A stretch of 35,237 bases of DNA from a bacterium (GTDB lineage Bacteria > Zhuqueibacterota > Zhuqueibacteria > Oceanimicrobiales > Oceanimicrobiaceae). Position numbers and translations under genes: made by a program. Below are positions 1-7,809 of the stretch, in pieces. Location: the NCBI GenBank assembly GCA_046757165.1, contig JBHHXT010000032.1, positions 1 to 35,237 on the forward strand, written 5' to 3'. Numbering within the stretch: the stretch's first letter is position 1; each line of letters starts with the position of its first letter. The notes under the pieces are model-generated. The model saw nothing but the letters and a program-made list of their open reading frames with translations, made no database searches and was not told where the DNA came from.

Positions 1-2
1 TT

Positions 3-65
3 CTGTTTAAACAGCATGTTCAGTTGCCTGAAACCGCGCCACTGAGCCAGGCGATAGGCGCTTAA
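3..65 (+). CDS. possible 3' end of an upstream gene (partial, LFKQHVQLPETAPLSQAIGA*)
   Basis: Frame 3 is open from the window edge to TAA at 63-65 and is co-oriented with the next gene; too short to identify. Confidence 0.3.
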   Translation: MFKQHVQLPETAPLSQAIGA

Positions 66-82
66 CCACTTAAGAATGCCTG

Positions 83-188
83 GCCATGGATTCACACTGA
101 TAAAGCACAGATCTTGTTAATGATGAAAACACTTCATATTCAAATTCAAACATCATCCTATTCGTGCCAATTCGTGTAAATTCATGGC
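83..188. repeat. imperfect inverted repeat (~30-bp arms) with internal ~10-nt periodicity
   Basis: Left arm GCCATGGATTCACACTGATAAAGCACAGAT (83-112); the right arm ATTCGTGCCAATTCGTGTAAATTCATGGC (160-188) reverse-complements to GCCATGAATTTACACGAATTGGCACGAAT. There is also an inner ATGATG/CATCAT pair (120-125/151-156). Confidence 0.6.
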
Positions 189-236
189 TGAACTGAGACA
201 TAATACTATCGGACGATGAAGACCCGGAGGAAGCCA

Positions 237-752
237 ATGTCATCAAATTCAAAACATGTGTTGATGGTGATAGCACATAACAATTTCAGAGACGAGGAGT
301 ACACCTCGGCGCGCAACAGACTGGAGACAAACGGCACCCGCGTCACAGTGGCGTCCACAGTCAGGACCGACGCCCGCGGGTCGCAAGGGCTAAAGCTCGA
401 CCCTGGTTTGTTGATAGATGACGTTGACCCGGGCCAGTACGACGGTGTCGTTTTCATCGGAGGGACCGGCGCCAGCCAGTATTGGCATGACGTCAAGGCG
501 CATGAAATTGCCACGGCGCTCAATAACGAGGGCAAGGTAGTCGCGGCGTGCTCGCATGCACCAGCCCTGTTAGCCGTAGCGGGACTCTTGAAAGACAAGA
601 AGGCCACCGGTCATGTGACGATTTACGAAAAACTGCAAGTCGCCGGTGCCTACTATACCGGCAGCAAAACGGAGAAAGATGGCAACATCATCACCAGCTC
701 AGGCGTCAATGCCGCCAAAGAGTTTGCCGAAATGCTGACGCAAGCGGTTTGA
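237..752 (+). CDS. DJ-1/PfpI family protein
   Basis: FRDEEY motif, YDGVVFIGGTGA, VAACSHAP at the nucleophile elbow, DGNIITSSG; GGAGG RBS at 226-230 before ATG 237. Confidence 0.9.
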   Translation: MSSNSKHVLMVIAHNNFRDEEYTSARNRLETNGTRVTVASTVRTDARGSQGLKLDPGLLIDDVDPGQYDGVVFIGGTGASQYWHDVKAHEIATALNNEGKVVAACSHAPALLAVAGLLKDKKATGHVTIYEKLQVAGAYYTGSKTEKDGNIITSSGVNAAKEFAEMLTQAV

Positions 753-783
753 CGGCACGCGCCATCATATGGCGGCTCGAACC

Positions 784-1788
784 ATGCTCTCTTCACCCAA
801 ACGATACAATGCCTACGGCGCTTTTTTGCGACAGAAATTCGGCTGCCGCTTCCACAAAATTACAATCAATGCGGGCTTCACCTGTCCCAACCGGGATGGC
901 AAGGTTGCTGTTGGCGGCTGCACCTACTGCAACATCGACAGCTTTACGCCTGAGGCAGCGCGGGCCAGAATTCCAGTCAGGCAGCAAGTCGAGGATGGCA
1001 TAGCTTACCTCAAACAGCGGTTCAGAGCCCGGGCCTTCATCGCCTATTTCCAGCCCTACTCCAACACCTATGCGTCGCTCGAGCGGGTGCAAGAGCTGGT
1101 CGAGCAAGCGTTGTCGCATCCCGAGGTCGTGGGCCTTTCTATCGGCACACGTCCGGATTGCATCGACGAAGACAAGCTGGCCTATTTCGGGGAGCTCGCG
1201 CGTAAGTACTTCGTTACCATCGAGTACGGCATCGAGTCGGTCCATGACGAAACGCTGCGACTGATCAATCGTGGCCACGACTATCGCTGTACCGTCGAGG
1301 CCATTCACGCAACGGCCAACCGGGGCCTTCATATTTGCGGCCATCTTGTCTTTGGCTTCCCGAACGAAAGCAGAGCGCAAATGCTCCATACCGTTGCTGA
1401 GGTTTCCAGGCTACCGCTGGACTTCATCAAGCTGCACAACTTGCACGTTGTGCGGTACACTGAACTGGCCAAACAATTCCGCGCCACCCCGTTCCACGTG
1501 TTTTCCTTTGAAGAATGGGTGGAGTTTGTTTGCGAGGTGATCGTGCGCCTCAACCCGCAATTCAAGATCGAGCGGCTTTATGGTGAGGCGCCGAAGCATC
1601 TCCTGATCGCGCCGCAGTGGTGTCGAGAGAAAAGTGCTGCTCAGATCATCACCGCCGTACGACAGAAATTGGAAAGCCTTGACACCTGGCAGGGCAACTG
1701 TTTTCAGCCCGTCCGGGCGCAAACGGAAGGCCAGCAATCCCAACACAGCCCGCACGAATTTGCAAATATAGGATCAGAAGATGGATGA
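784..1788 (+). CDS. TIGR01212/YhcC-family radical SAM protein
   Basis: AGFTCPNRDG...GGCTYC cysteine motif, YFQPYSNTY, IGTRPDC, INRGH, IKLHNLHVV; start is 769 or 784. Confidence 0.92.
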   Translation: MLSSPKRYNAYGAFLRQKFGCRFHKITINAGFTCPNRDGKVAVGGCTYCNIDSFTPEAARARIPVRQQVEDGIAYLKQRFRARAFIAYFQPYSNTYASLERVQELVEQALSHPEVVGLSIGTRPDCIDEDKLAYFGELARKYFVTIEYGIESVHDETLRLINRGHDYRCTVEAIHATANRGLHICGHLVFGFPNESRAQMLHTVAEVSRLPLDFIKLHNLHVVRYTELAKQFRATPFHVFSFEEWVEFVCEVIVRLNPQFKIERLYGEAPKHLLIAPQWCREKSAAQIITAVRQKLESLDTWQGNCFQPVRAQTEGQQSQHSPHEFANIGSEDG

Positions 1789-1894
1789 AACAAAAAAGAA
1801 TACAGCCAGGAAACACCTGGCGCTGATAACGCTTGCGGTTGTGGGCACTTTGGTCTTGCTTTCTCTTCTGTCGCTGTTCTCATCCCATCCGTGA
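1781..1894 (+). CDS. putative 37-aa single-pass membrane peptide (MDETKKNTARKHLALITLAVVGTLVLLSLLSLFSSHP)
   Basis: ATG 1781 overlaps the end of the radical SAM gene, with AGGA upstream. A charged N-terminus is followed by a ~21-residue hydrophobic run, and the ORF fills most of the gap before folE. It is below the ORF-track length cutoff. Confidence 0.55.
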   Translation: MDETKKNTARKHLALITLAVVGTLVLLSLLSLFSSHP

Positions 1895-1940
1895 CCTTTG
1901 AGGCGTGGCGGACCTTTTTCTATGGGGAGTCATTCGCTTT

Positions 1941-2495
1941 ATGCAGAAATTAATTCGAGAGGTATTAATAGCAATCGGTGAAAATCCGGAGCGCGAAGGA
2001 CTGGTCAAAACGCCTGTGCGCGTAGAACGGTCGTACGAATTCTTGACCAGCGGCTACGGGGAAGATCCTTGCAAGATTCTGGAGAATGCCCTGTTCAATG
2101 AAAGATACGACGAGATGGTGGTGGTGCGGGACATTGAGCTCTATAGCCTGTGTGAGCACCATCTCCTCCCCTTTTACGGCAAATGTCACGTGGCCTATAT
2201 GCCCAACGGCACCGTTGTCGGTCTGAGCAAGATTCCGCGTGTCGTCGACATCTTTGCCAAGCGGCTGCAAGTGCAAGAGCGCTTGACGAATCAAATCGCT
2301 GACATCATGATGCAGTGCCTGAAACCGCAAGGCGTGGGAGTCGTGGTCGAAGCACGCCACCTGTGTATGATGATGCGCGGTGTACAGAAACAAAACACCG
2401 TCGTCAGTACCAGTGCATTGCGGGGCATCTTTCGCGATAATCTCCCGACGCGGCAGGAGTTTATGCAGCTTATCAAACCGCAGAGGTATGTCTAA
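1941..2495 (+). CDS. folE: GTP cyclohydrolase I
   Basis: [60 protein letters not shown] before ATG 1941. Confidence 0.97.
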   Translation: MQKLIREVLIAIGENPEREGLVKTPVRVERSYEFLTSGYGEDPCKILENALFNERYDEMVVVRDIELYSLCEHHLLPFYGKCHVAYMPNGTVVGLSKIPRVVDIFAKRLQVQERLTNQIADIMMQCLKPQGVGVVVEARHLCMMMRGVQKQNTVVSTSALRGIFRDNLPTRQEFMQLIKPQRYV

Positions 2496-2565
2496 CTATT
2501 GTGTGTAAGCGGCTCGAGAATCAATTCTTGTAAATCAAGGGTCAACAGAACCTGGAGGAGACACC

Positions 2566-3252
2566 ATGGCTAAGTTAACCTATCTCAGTCACGCCGCATT
2601 CCTGCTGGAAAGCGACGGCAGCACGATTTTGATCGATCCCTTTCTGAGCGGCAACCCGCTGGCGGCGGTCAAGCCCGAAGACATCCGCTGTCATTACATC
2701 CTGCTGACGCACGGCCACGGTGACCATATTGGAGACACGGTCGCCATTGCCAAACAGAACAACGCCACGGTCATCTCGAACTACGAGATCGCGACCTGGT
2801 GCACCAAGCAAGGATTGAGCGCACACGCCATGCACATCGGTGGGGCGCACGATTTCTCCTTTGGCCGGGTCAAACTCACCATCGCTCATCATGGCTCGGG
2901 GTACGATAGCGGGGATGGCATGGTATACCTGGGCAATCCGGCCGGCGTTCTCATCACCGTCAACGACAAGACCCTTTACCACGCCGGGGACACGGCGCTA
3001 TTCTATGACATGAAGCTGATCGGCGAAATGAACGCCATCGACGTGGCGCTGCTGCCCATCGGCGACAACTTCACCATGGGCATCGACGACGCTGTCAAAG
3101 CGGTTGAATTTCTCAAGCCCAGGCTGGCGGTCCCGATGCACTTCAAAACCTTTGACCTCATCGATGTCAACCCGGAAGAGTTCGTCAGAAAGGTGCAAGC
3201 CATCGGTAAAGAGGCGCAAATACTCGCTATCGGCGGTGAGCTGACGTTCTGA
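2566..3252 (+). CDS. UPF0173 metal-dependent hydrolase (metallo-beta-lactamase fold)
   Basis: LIDPF, THGHGDH metal motif, YHAGDT, LPIGDNFTMG, PMH; GGAGGAG RBS. Confidence 0.93.
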   Translation: MAKLTYLSHAAFLLESDGSTILIDPFLSGNPLAAVKPEDIRCHYILLTHGHGDHIGDTVAIAKQNNATVISNYEIATWCTKQGLSAHAMHIGGAHDFSFGRVKLTIAHHGSGYDSGDGMVYLGNPAGVLITVNDKTLYHAGDTALFYDMKLIGEMNAIDVALLPIGDNFTMGIDDAVKAVEFLKPRLAVPMHFKTFDLIDVNPEEFVRKVQAIGKEAQILAIGGELTF

Positions 3253-3256
3253 GCCG

Positions 3257-3838
3257 TTACGACTGATAGTAAGGGTTCGTCCCGCCCGCGTGGTCGGTCA
3301 CATCCATCACTCCCTTGAGCTCGGGCACCGCCTCTTTGAGCATCACCTCGACGCCTTGCTTGAGGGTTACGTCAACCATGCCGCATCCCTGGCACCCGCC
3401 ACCGAAGCGTAAATACGCAATGTCGTCCCGAACGTCCACCAGGGAGACCACGCCACCATGGCTGCGGATGGCAGGATTGATGCGGGACTGGAGCACCTGC
3501 TGCACTTTCTCGGCCACCGGTCCGCTTGGCCTCGGAGGGCCGGCCGTATTGGGGTTGGTGATCTTGAACCCGCTTTCGTTCAACGAAGACACATAATCCA
3601 CAATGGCACCATCGAGCAAGGGCGCGCTCTGGGGATCGATATAGACCTGGAAGCCGTCGAATTCGATGACCTTGTCCGCCTCGCTCTCCTCGCCCGGCGC
3701 AACGAACGACAGCCCATACTCCACCGAAAACGGCGAGGCGCCGCGTGCCGCAGTCACCCGCAGACCGGAGCCCCGTCGTTCTTCCTCATCGAGGATGGAA
3801 AGGAATTTGTTCTTCGCGGTGTCAGTGATGGTTATCAT
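3257..3838 (-). CDS. nfuA: Fe-S biogenesis protein NfuA (degenerate A-type carrier domain plus NifU C-terminal domain)
   Basis: ITITDTA...GLRV...GFKITNPN N-terminal domain lacking Cys, then INPAIRSHGG...FGGGCQGC...VMDVTDHAGGTNPYY; GGAGG RBS supports start 3838. Confidence 0.9.
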   Translation of the reverse strand: MITITDTAKNKFLSILDEEERRGSGLRVTAARGASPFSVEYGLSFVAPGEESEADKVIEFDGFQVYIDPQSAPLLDGAIVDYVSSLNESGFKITNPNTAGPPRPSGPVAEKVQQVLQSRINPAIRSHGGVVSLVDVRDDIAYLRFGGGCQGCGMVDVTLKQGVEVMLKEAVPELKGVMDVTDHAGGTNPYYQS

Positions 3839-3988
3839 TACATCCTCCATATTTGGACCGAAATCTGTACTACAAGCGGCATCGGTGATTTTCCTTGCTC
3901 TCAAATCTTTCCCTCCGAAGGGCGCCGAAGTCACCGAAATCCACCAATTGGGCTTGCGGCTTTGTCGCGCCGGGTCAATCGCCGGTCT

Positions 3989-4999
3989 TCAGCCGCCGAT
4001 CTGATACATTTCAACCCTGCGCTCATTCTGCCCTTCGGTTGCGGAGGACCGCTCCTCGGAGTACCGGTCGAATCTTCCGCGCCAGAGGGAGACGATGCGC
4101 TCGAGAAGCTCGGCGTCTTCGGCCCCCTGCCGCATACGCGTTTTCACATCGAGGCCGTCGCTGCCGAAGAGGCAGGTATAGATTTTTCCATCCGCCGACA
4201 GCCGCGCGCGGGTGCAGGTGGTACAGAACGGCTGCGACACAGATGCGATGACGCCGAGTTCTCCTGAGCCGTCGTCAAATTTGAACCGATTCGCAACTTC
4301 ATTCTGTTGCGTTTTGGGCACGGGAATGAGCGGAACCTCCCGTGAAACAATTTCGACGATCTCATCGGCTGTCACGACTTCATCCATCTTCCAGCCATTG
4401 AGATTACCAACATCCATATATTCGATAAACCGAATAATATGCCCGTGCGTTCTTGCGAATCTGACCAGCGGCAGGATCTCGTGCTCATTGACACCCCGCT
4501 GGATAACGGTGTTGATCTTGATCGGGGAAAAACCCATGTCTGTAGCCGCACGGATTCCCTCCAAAACTCTCTCGAGCTGCAAATGCCCGCCAGCAAGCCT
4601 CTTGAACGCCTCCGGCGCAAGGGTATCGAGGCTGATGGTCAGACGATGCAGTCCAGCTTCCTTCAACATCTGCGCTTTCTGTGCCAGAAAGTAGCCGTTG
4701 GTGGTCAAAGCGATGTCGTGCAGGCCTGCAACTTGTGCCAGTTGTCCAATCAACTTCTCGAGCTGGTGGCGAAGCAGGGGTTCCCCTCCGGTCAACCTGA
4801 CTTTGGTCACACCCAATTGGACAAACAGGGTGACCAGCCGTGTGATCTCTTCAAAGGTCAGGATCTTGTACCTGGGCAAGAACTCATACTTGAAGCCAAA
4901 GACTTCTTCGGGCATACAGTACGTGCAGCGAAAATTGCACTTGTCCGTGACTGAAATGCGAAGATCCTTTAAAGGGCGATTGAGTTGATCTATGAGCAT
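3989..4999 (-). CDS. moaA: GTP 3',8-cyclase (molybdenum cofactor biosynthesis)
   Basis: LRISVTDKCNFRCTYCMP, RLTGGEPL, RFIEYM, FCTTCTRARL...YTCLF and a C-terminal IGG. The start is most likely 4999 (MLIDQLNRP). Confidence 0.96.
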   Translation of the reverse strand: MLIDQLNRPLKDLRISVTDKCNFRCTYCMPEEVFGFKYEFLPRYKILTFEEITRLVTLFVQLGVTKVRLTGGEPLLRHQLEKLIGQLAQVAGLHDIALTTNGYFLAQKAQMLKEAGLHRLTISLDTLAPEAFKRLAGGHLQLERVLEGIRAATDMGFSPIKINTVIQRGVNEHEILPLVRFARTHGHIIRFIEYMDVGNLNGWKMDEVVTADEIVEIVSREVPLIPVPKTQQNEVANRFKFDDGSGELGVIASVSQPFCTTCTRARLSADGKIYTCLFGSDGLDVKTRMRQGAEDAELLERIVSLWRGRFDRYSEERSSATEGQNERRVEMYQIGG

Positions 5000-5021
5000 G
5001 GCAACATATTGGGGTTCATAA

Positions 5022-5171
5022 CTAAAGTTCAGAGATGATGGCTTTCGTGATTTCTGTTGTCGAGGCATTGCCGCCTAAATCCCGCGTCAGGCATTTGCCA
5101 TCTTGCGTCACTCGATGGACTGCATTTCGGATCTTATCGGCGATGTCGTCCTTGTCAAGATGGCGCAGCAT
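5022..5171 (-). pseudogene. C-terminal remnant of an isocitrate/isopropylmalate dehydrogenase family gene (49 codons)
   Basis: Translates to MLRHLDKDDIADKIRNAVHRVTQDGKCLTRDLGGNASTTEITKAIISEL*, matching the family tail MLxHL...A..I..AV......G...TxDLGG..sT.E...AI. No N-terminal part is present. Confidence 0.8.
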
Positions 5172-5174
5172 CTG

Positions 5175-5888
5175 CTATGGGTTTGTCGGGCGAATGTCGA
5201 TCTCACTGACCATGGCCCGCTGAGGCAGTTTCAAGGCCGCGACTGTTATCTGCGCCACATCATCGGGCTTCAAAATCTTCTCCGGATTGGGATTCGGCAG
5301 GGACTCGTGCATGAAAAAATGCGTATCGACCGAACCGGGACAAACAGCCAGAACCCGCACGCCTGCCTGCCGCTCTTCCAGCAGCAAACACTTCGAAAAG
5401 GCCAACACCCCCGATTTACAGGCAGCATAGCCGGCCCCGCCCACGAAAGCGTTCTTGCCGGCAAGCGAGGCGATGTTCACAACAGCACTCTCGCTCTTCT
5501 TCTTCAAATGGGGCAAGGCTTCCCGGGTGCAGATAAACATGGCACGTAGATTGACCTCGAACATATCATCCCAGTCCTGCGTCGCCAGAGACTCCACGCG
5601 GCCAAACCGTCCGATACCGGCATTGTTTACCAGGATGTCCAGGCCGCCAAATTTTTGCACCGTTTGTTTGATGATCTCCTTGAGCAAGCTTTCCCGTGTG
5701 ACGTCTGCTTCAAACGGGAACGCCTTTCGGCCCATATCGCCGATCTCCCTGGCCACGTTCTGCAGTCGTTTCATGGTGCGAGACACGAGCGCGAGATTGG
5801 CCCCTTCTTTTGCCAGCTCGATCGCAAGGGCTCTGCCAATCCCCCTTCCTGCTCCGGTAATCAGCGCAACTTTGTTTTTGATATCCAT
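5175..5888 (-). CDS. short-chain dehydrogenase/reductase (SDR)
   Basis: TGAGRGIG, NNAG, catalytic S and YAACK (YxxxK), PGSVDT; AAGGAG RBS before ATG 5888. Confidence 0.93.
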   Translation of the reverse strand: MDIKNKVALITGAGRGIGRALAIELAKEGANLALVSRTMKRLQNVAREIGDMGRKAFPFEADVTRESLLKEIIKQTVQKFGGLDILVNNAGIGRFGRVESLATQDWDDMFEVNLRAMFICTREALPHLKKKSESAVVNIASLAGKNAFVGGAGYAACKSGVLAFSKCLLLEERQAGVRVLAVCPGSVDTHFFMHESLPNPNPEKILKPDDVAQITVAALKLPQRAMVSEIDIRPTNP

Positions 5889-5916
5889 ATTCTCTCCTTT
5901 CAAACTCCCTTTTGAA

Positions 5917-6279
5917 TTACAACCAAAATGCGTTCTCGATGTGCTTGATTTTCCACTCGCCGGCGGCCACCTGCACCGCAATGACATCGAACCGGCAATC
6001 GACCTCTTCGATTTCTTCCTGCTGCAGGTATCGCTCAGCCACCCTGCCGATTTGCTGCTGCTTTCGCTCCGTCACCCAGGTTTCAGGCTCGCCAAATGTT
6101 GTGCTGGCTGCGGTTTTGACTTCGACAAACACCAGCACGTCATCTTTCCTGGCCACGATATCGATTTCACCACGCGCGAAACGGTAATTTCGCGCCAGGA
6201 TGGCGTAATCCTTTCGAGTCAGAAATGCTGCCGCCAGCGCCTCGCCCTGTCGTCCAATCTTTTGGGTCGACTTACTCAT
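5917..6279 (-). CDS. yraN: YraN family (UPF0102) putative endonuclease
   Basis: GRQGEALAA, ARNYR, GEIDIVA, VFVEVK, CRFDVIAV, HIENAF; overlaps the rnhB stop. Confidence 0.92.
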   Translation of the reverse strand: MSKSTQKIGRQGEALAAAFLTRKDYAILARNYRFARGEIDIVARKDDVLVFVEVKTAASTTFGEPETWVTERKQQQIGRVAERYLQQEEIEEVDCRFDVIAVQVAAGEWKIKHIENAFWL

Positions 6280-6970
6280 TGTTGAAGATCATCAGTTGTG
6301 TATCCAGAAATCTCTTCGGGTGGAAAGAGCGACGATGGATAGAGCAGAAGCCGAATTGCTCAATGGCATCCAGGTGTGCCGGGGTGGCATACCCCTTGTG
6401 GCGGGAAAAGCCGTAGTGCGGAAACCGTTTGTCATAGTCCTGCATGATGCGATCACGCGTAACCTTCGCCAGAATGGAGGCCGCAGCGATAGAATAAGAG
6501 AGGCTGTCACCCTTGACAAGCGTCGAGTATGGGATGCCATCGATGTGAAACGACTTACCGTCAACAAGCAAATAATCTGGTGTGACGCCGAGATTCTTGA
6601 CCGCCCGGTTCATTGCGACGATGGAAGCTTGCAAGATATTGAGCTGGTCGATTTCGCTCACGTCTGCGACCCCGATACCAAAATGAATCGCCTCCTGCAC
6701 AATGATATCAAACAAGTAGACCCGCAGCTCCTCGGACAACCTCTTTGAATCATCGACCATCGGGATGTCCGGATGCTTGCGAAAGATCACCGCGGCGGCT
6801 ACCACGGGTCCAGCTAACGGTCCCCGCCCGGCCTCGTCCACTCCGGCGACCAATTCTCGCCCTGCACGCCAGTGACGTCTTTCGTGGATTTGCATTTGCT
6901 GAATGCGGTCGAGCTCTTCAGCATTCATTTCTATTTTCAGTTTCAACAGTGCACTCTGGATCGATACCAT
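6272..6970 (-). CDS. rnhB: ribonuclease HII
   Basis: GVDEAGRGPLAGPV, DSKRL, VKGD, SIAAASILAKVTRD, HKGY, HRRSF; start is 6970 or 6928. Confidence 0.97.
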   Translation of the reverse strand: MVSIQSALLKLKIEMNAEELDRIQQMQIHERRHWRAGRELVAGVDEAGRGPLAGPVVAAAVIFRKHPDIPMVDDSKRLSEELRVYLFDIIVQEAIHFGIGVADVSEIDQLNILQASIVAMNRAVKNLGVTPDYLLVDGKSFHIDGIPYSTLVKGDSLSYSIAAASILAKVTRDRIMQDYDKRFPHYGFSRHKGYATPAHLDAIEQFGFCSIHRRSFHPKRFLDTQLMIFNNE

Positions 6971-6984
6971 AAAATCTGCCCCTC

Positions 6985-7013
6985 AATTTAATCAACTATG
7001 CCCATAAAGTCAA
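6985..7013 (-). promoter_or_regulatory. sigma70-type promoter for rnhB-yraN-SDR
   Basis: Minus strand TTGACT-17 nt-TAAATT. Confidence 0.6.
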
Positions 7014-7108
7014 GCACAGTCAACCGTGATCTGCATCTAAGAGAACACTCACCCGTTCCCAAAATCTCCGCATTTGCACTGCCTCAAAGAACCTTCTCGA
7101 ATACTAAC

Positions 7109-7139
7109 AAAAAAGCCACTGTGGAAAATCCACAATGGC
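7109..7139 (-). terminator. intrinsic terminator after the mlaC-like gene
   Basis: Minus strand GCCATTGTGGA-TTT-TCCACAGTGGC followed by TTTTTT. Confidence 0.8.
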
Positions 7140-7167
7140 CAAAATTGAAGGGACAGGTTGCGAGAAG

Positions 7168-7779
7168 CTACTTCGATTCCTTCAGTCTCTTGACCAGTTT
7201 GTTGTACATTTCCTGATAAGAAGTCTTGGCGATCTGCTTGTAGAAAGATTCGCGATAGTTGCGTGCCGTACTGGCACCGTCGATCTCCAGATCATAAACC
7301 TTCCATTGCTCCCCGACCTTGTGCAGCTTATAAAGCACCTCCACCTCTTTGCGCTTCTTATGGGCAACGGTGGTCACCCTGGCCTTGTCGCCGTTAATCT
7401 CTGGCTCTTCGTATACGATGCGATCCGCCTTGTACGCCTCGAGTTTCTTGACCGAGGAGTTCCTGATCAACTGCTGAAAGACATTCACAAAATCTCTCTT
7501 CTCCTGCGCTGTACGCTCTTTCCAGTATTTTCCCAACGCCAGCCGGGACAACTCCTCGAAATCGATGAAACTGTTGATGACGTCCTTCAATTGCTCCTTG
7601 GTTTCGTCGCTGACCTGGTCACCGGCAGCATCCAGGATGGTTTCAACCTTCTGATTCCGCGCCTTGATAAGGGCCAGCGGAGATTCGTTCGCGGCCACAG
7701 CCTCCTGGCAAAAAAAGGACATGAGCAGGGAACCCACCAGTGCCCAACCCATCGTGGTCTTTTTCCTATCTGTAAACAT
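7168..7779 (-). CDS. MlaC/Ttg2D-family periplasmic lipid-binding protein
   Basis: Signal peptide; FIDFEELSRLALGKYW, FVNVFQQLI, WKVYDLEIDGASTARNYRESF. Confidence 0.88.
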   Translation of the reverse strand: MFTDRKKTTMGWALVGSLLMSFFCQEAVAANESPLALIKARNQKVETILDAAGDQVSDETKEQLKDVINSFIDFEELSRLALGKYWKERTAQEKRDFVNVFQQLIRNSSVKKLEAYKADRIVYEEPEINGDKARVTTVAHKKRKEVEVLYKLHKVGEQWKVYDLEIDGASTARNYRESFYKQIAKTSYQEMYNKLVKRLKESK

Positions 7780-7809
7780 GGCTTACCTCACGCACAATGA
7801 TGTTTCCGG

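Noticed and set aside
3458..4267. 269-aa + strand ORF, and similar long antisense ORFs at 5455-6285, 16021-16839, 17791-18969, 20315-21088 and 32495-33289
   Set aside because: They lie opposite well-supported genes and carry no recognisable motifs; these are typical shadow ORFs.
5000..5068. N-terminal extension of moaA in the ORF track; Moco riboswitch considered for 5000-5175
   Set aside because: The region is explained by the dehydrogenase remnant in another frame, and I found no Moco RNA features.
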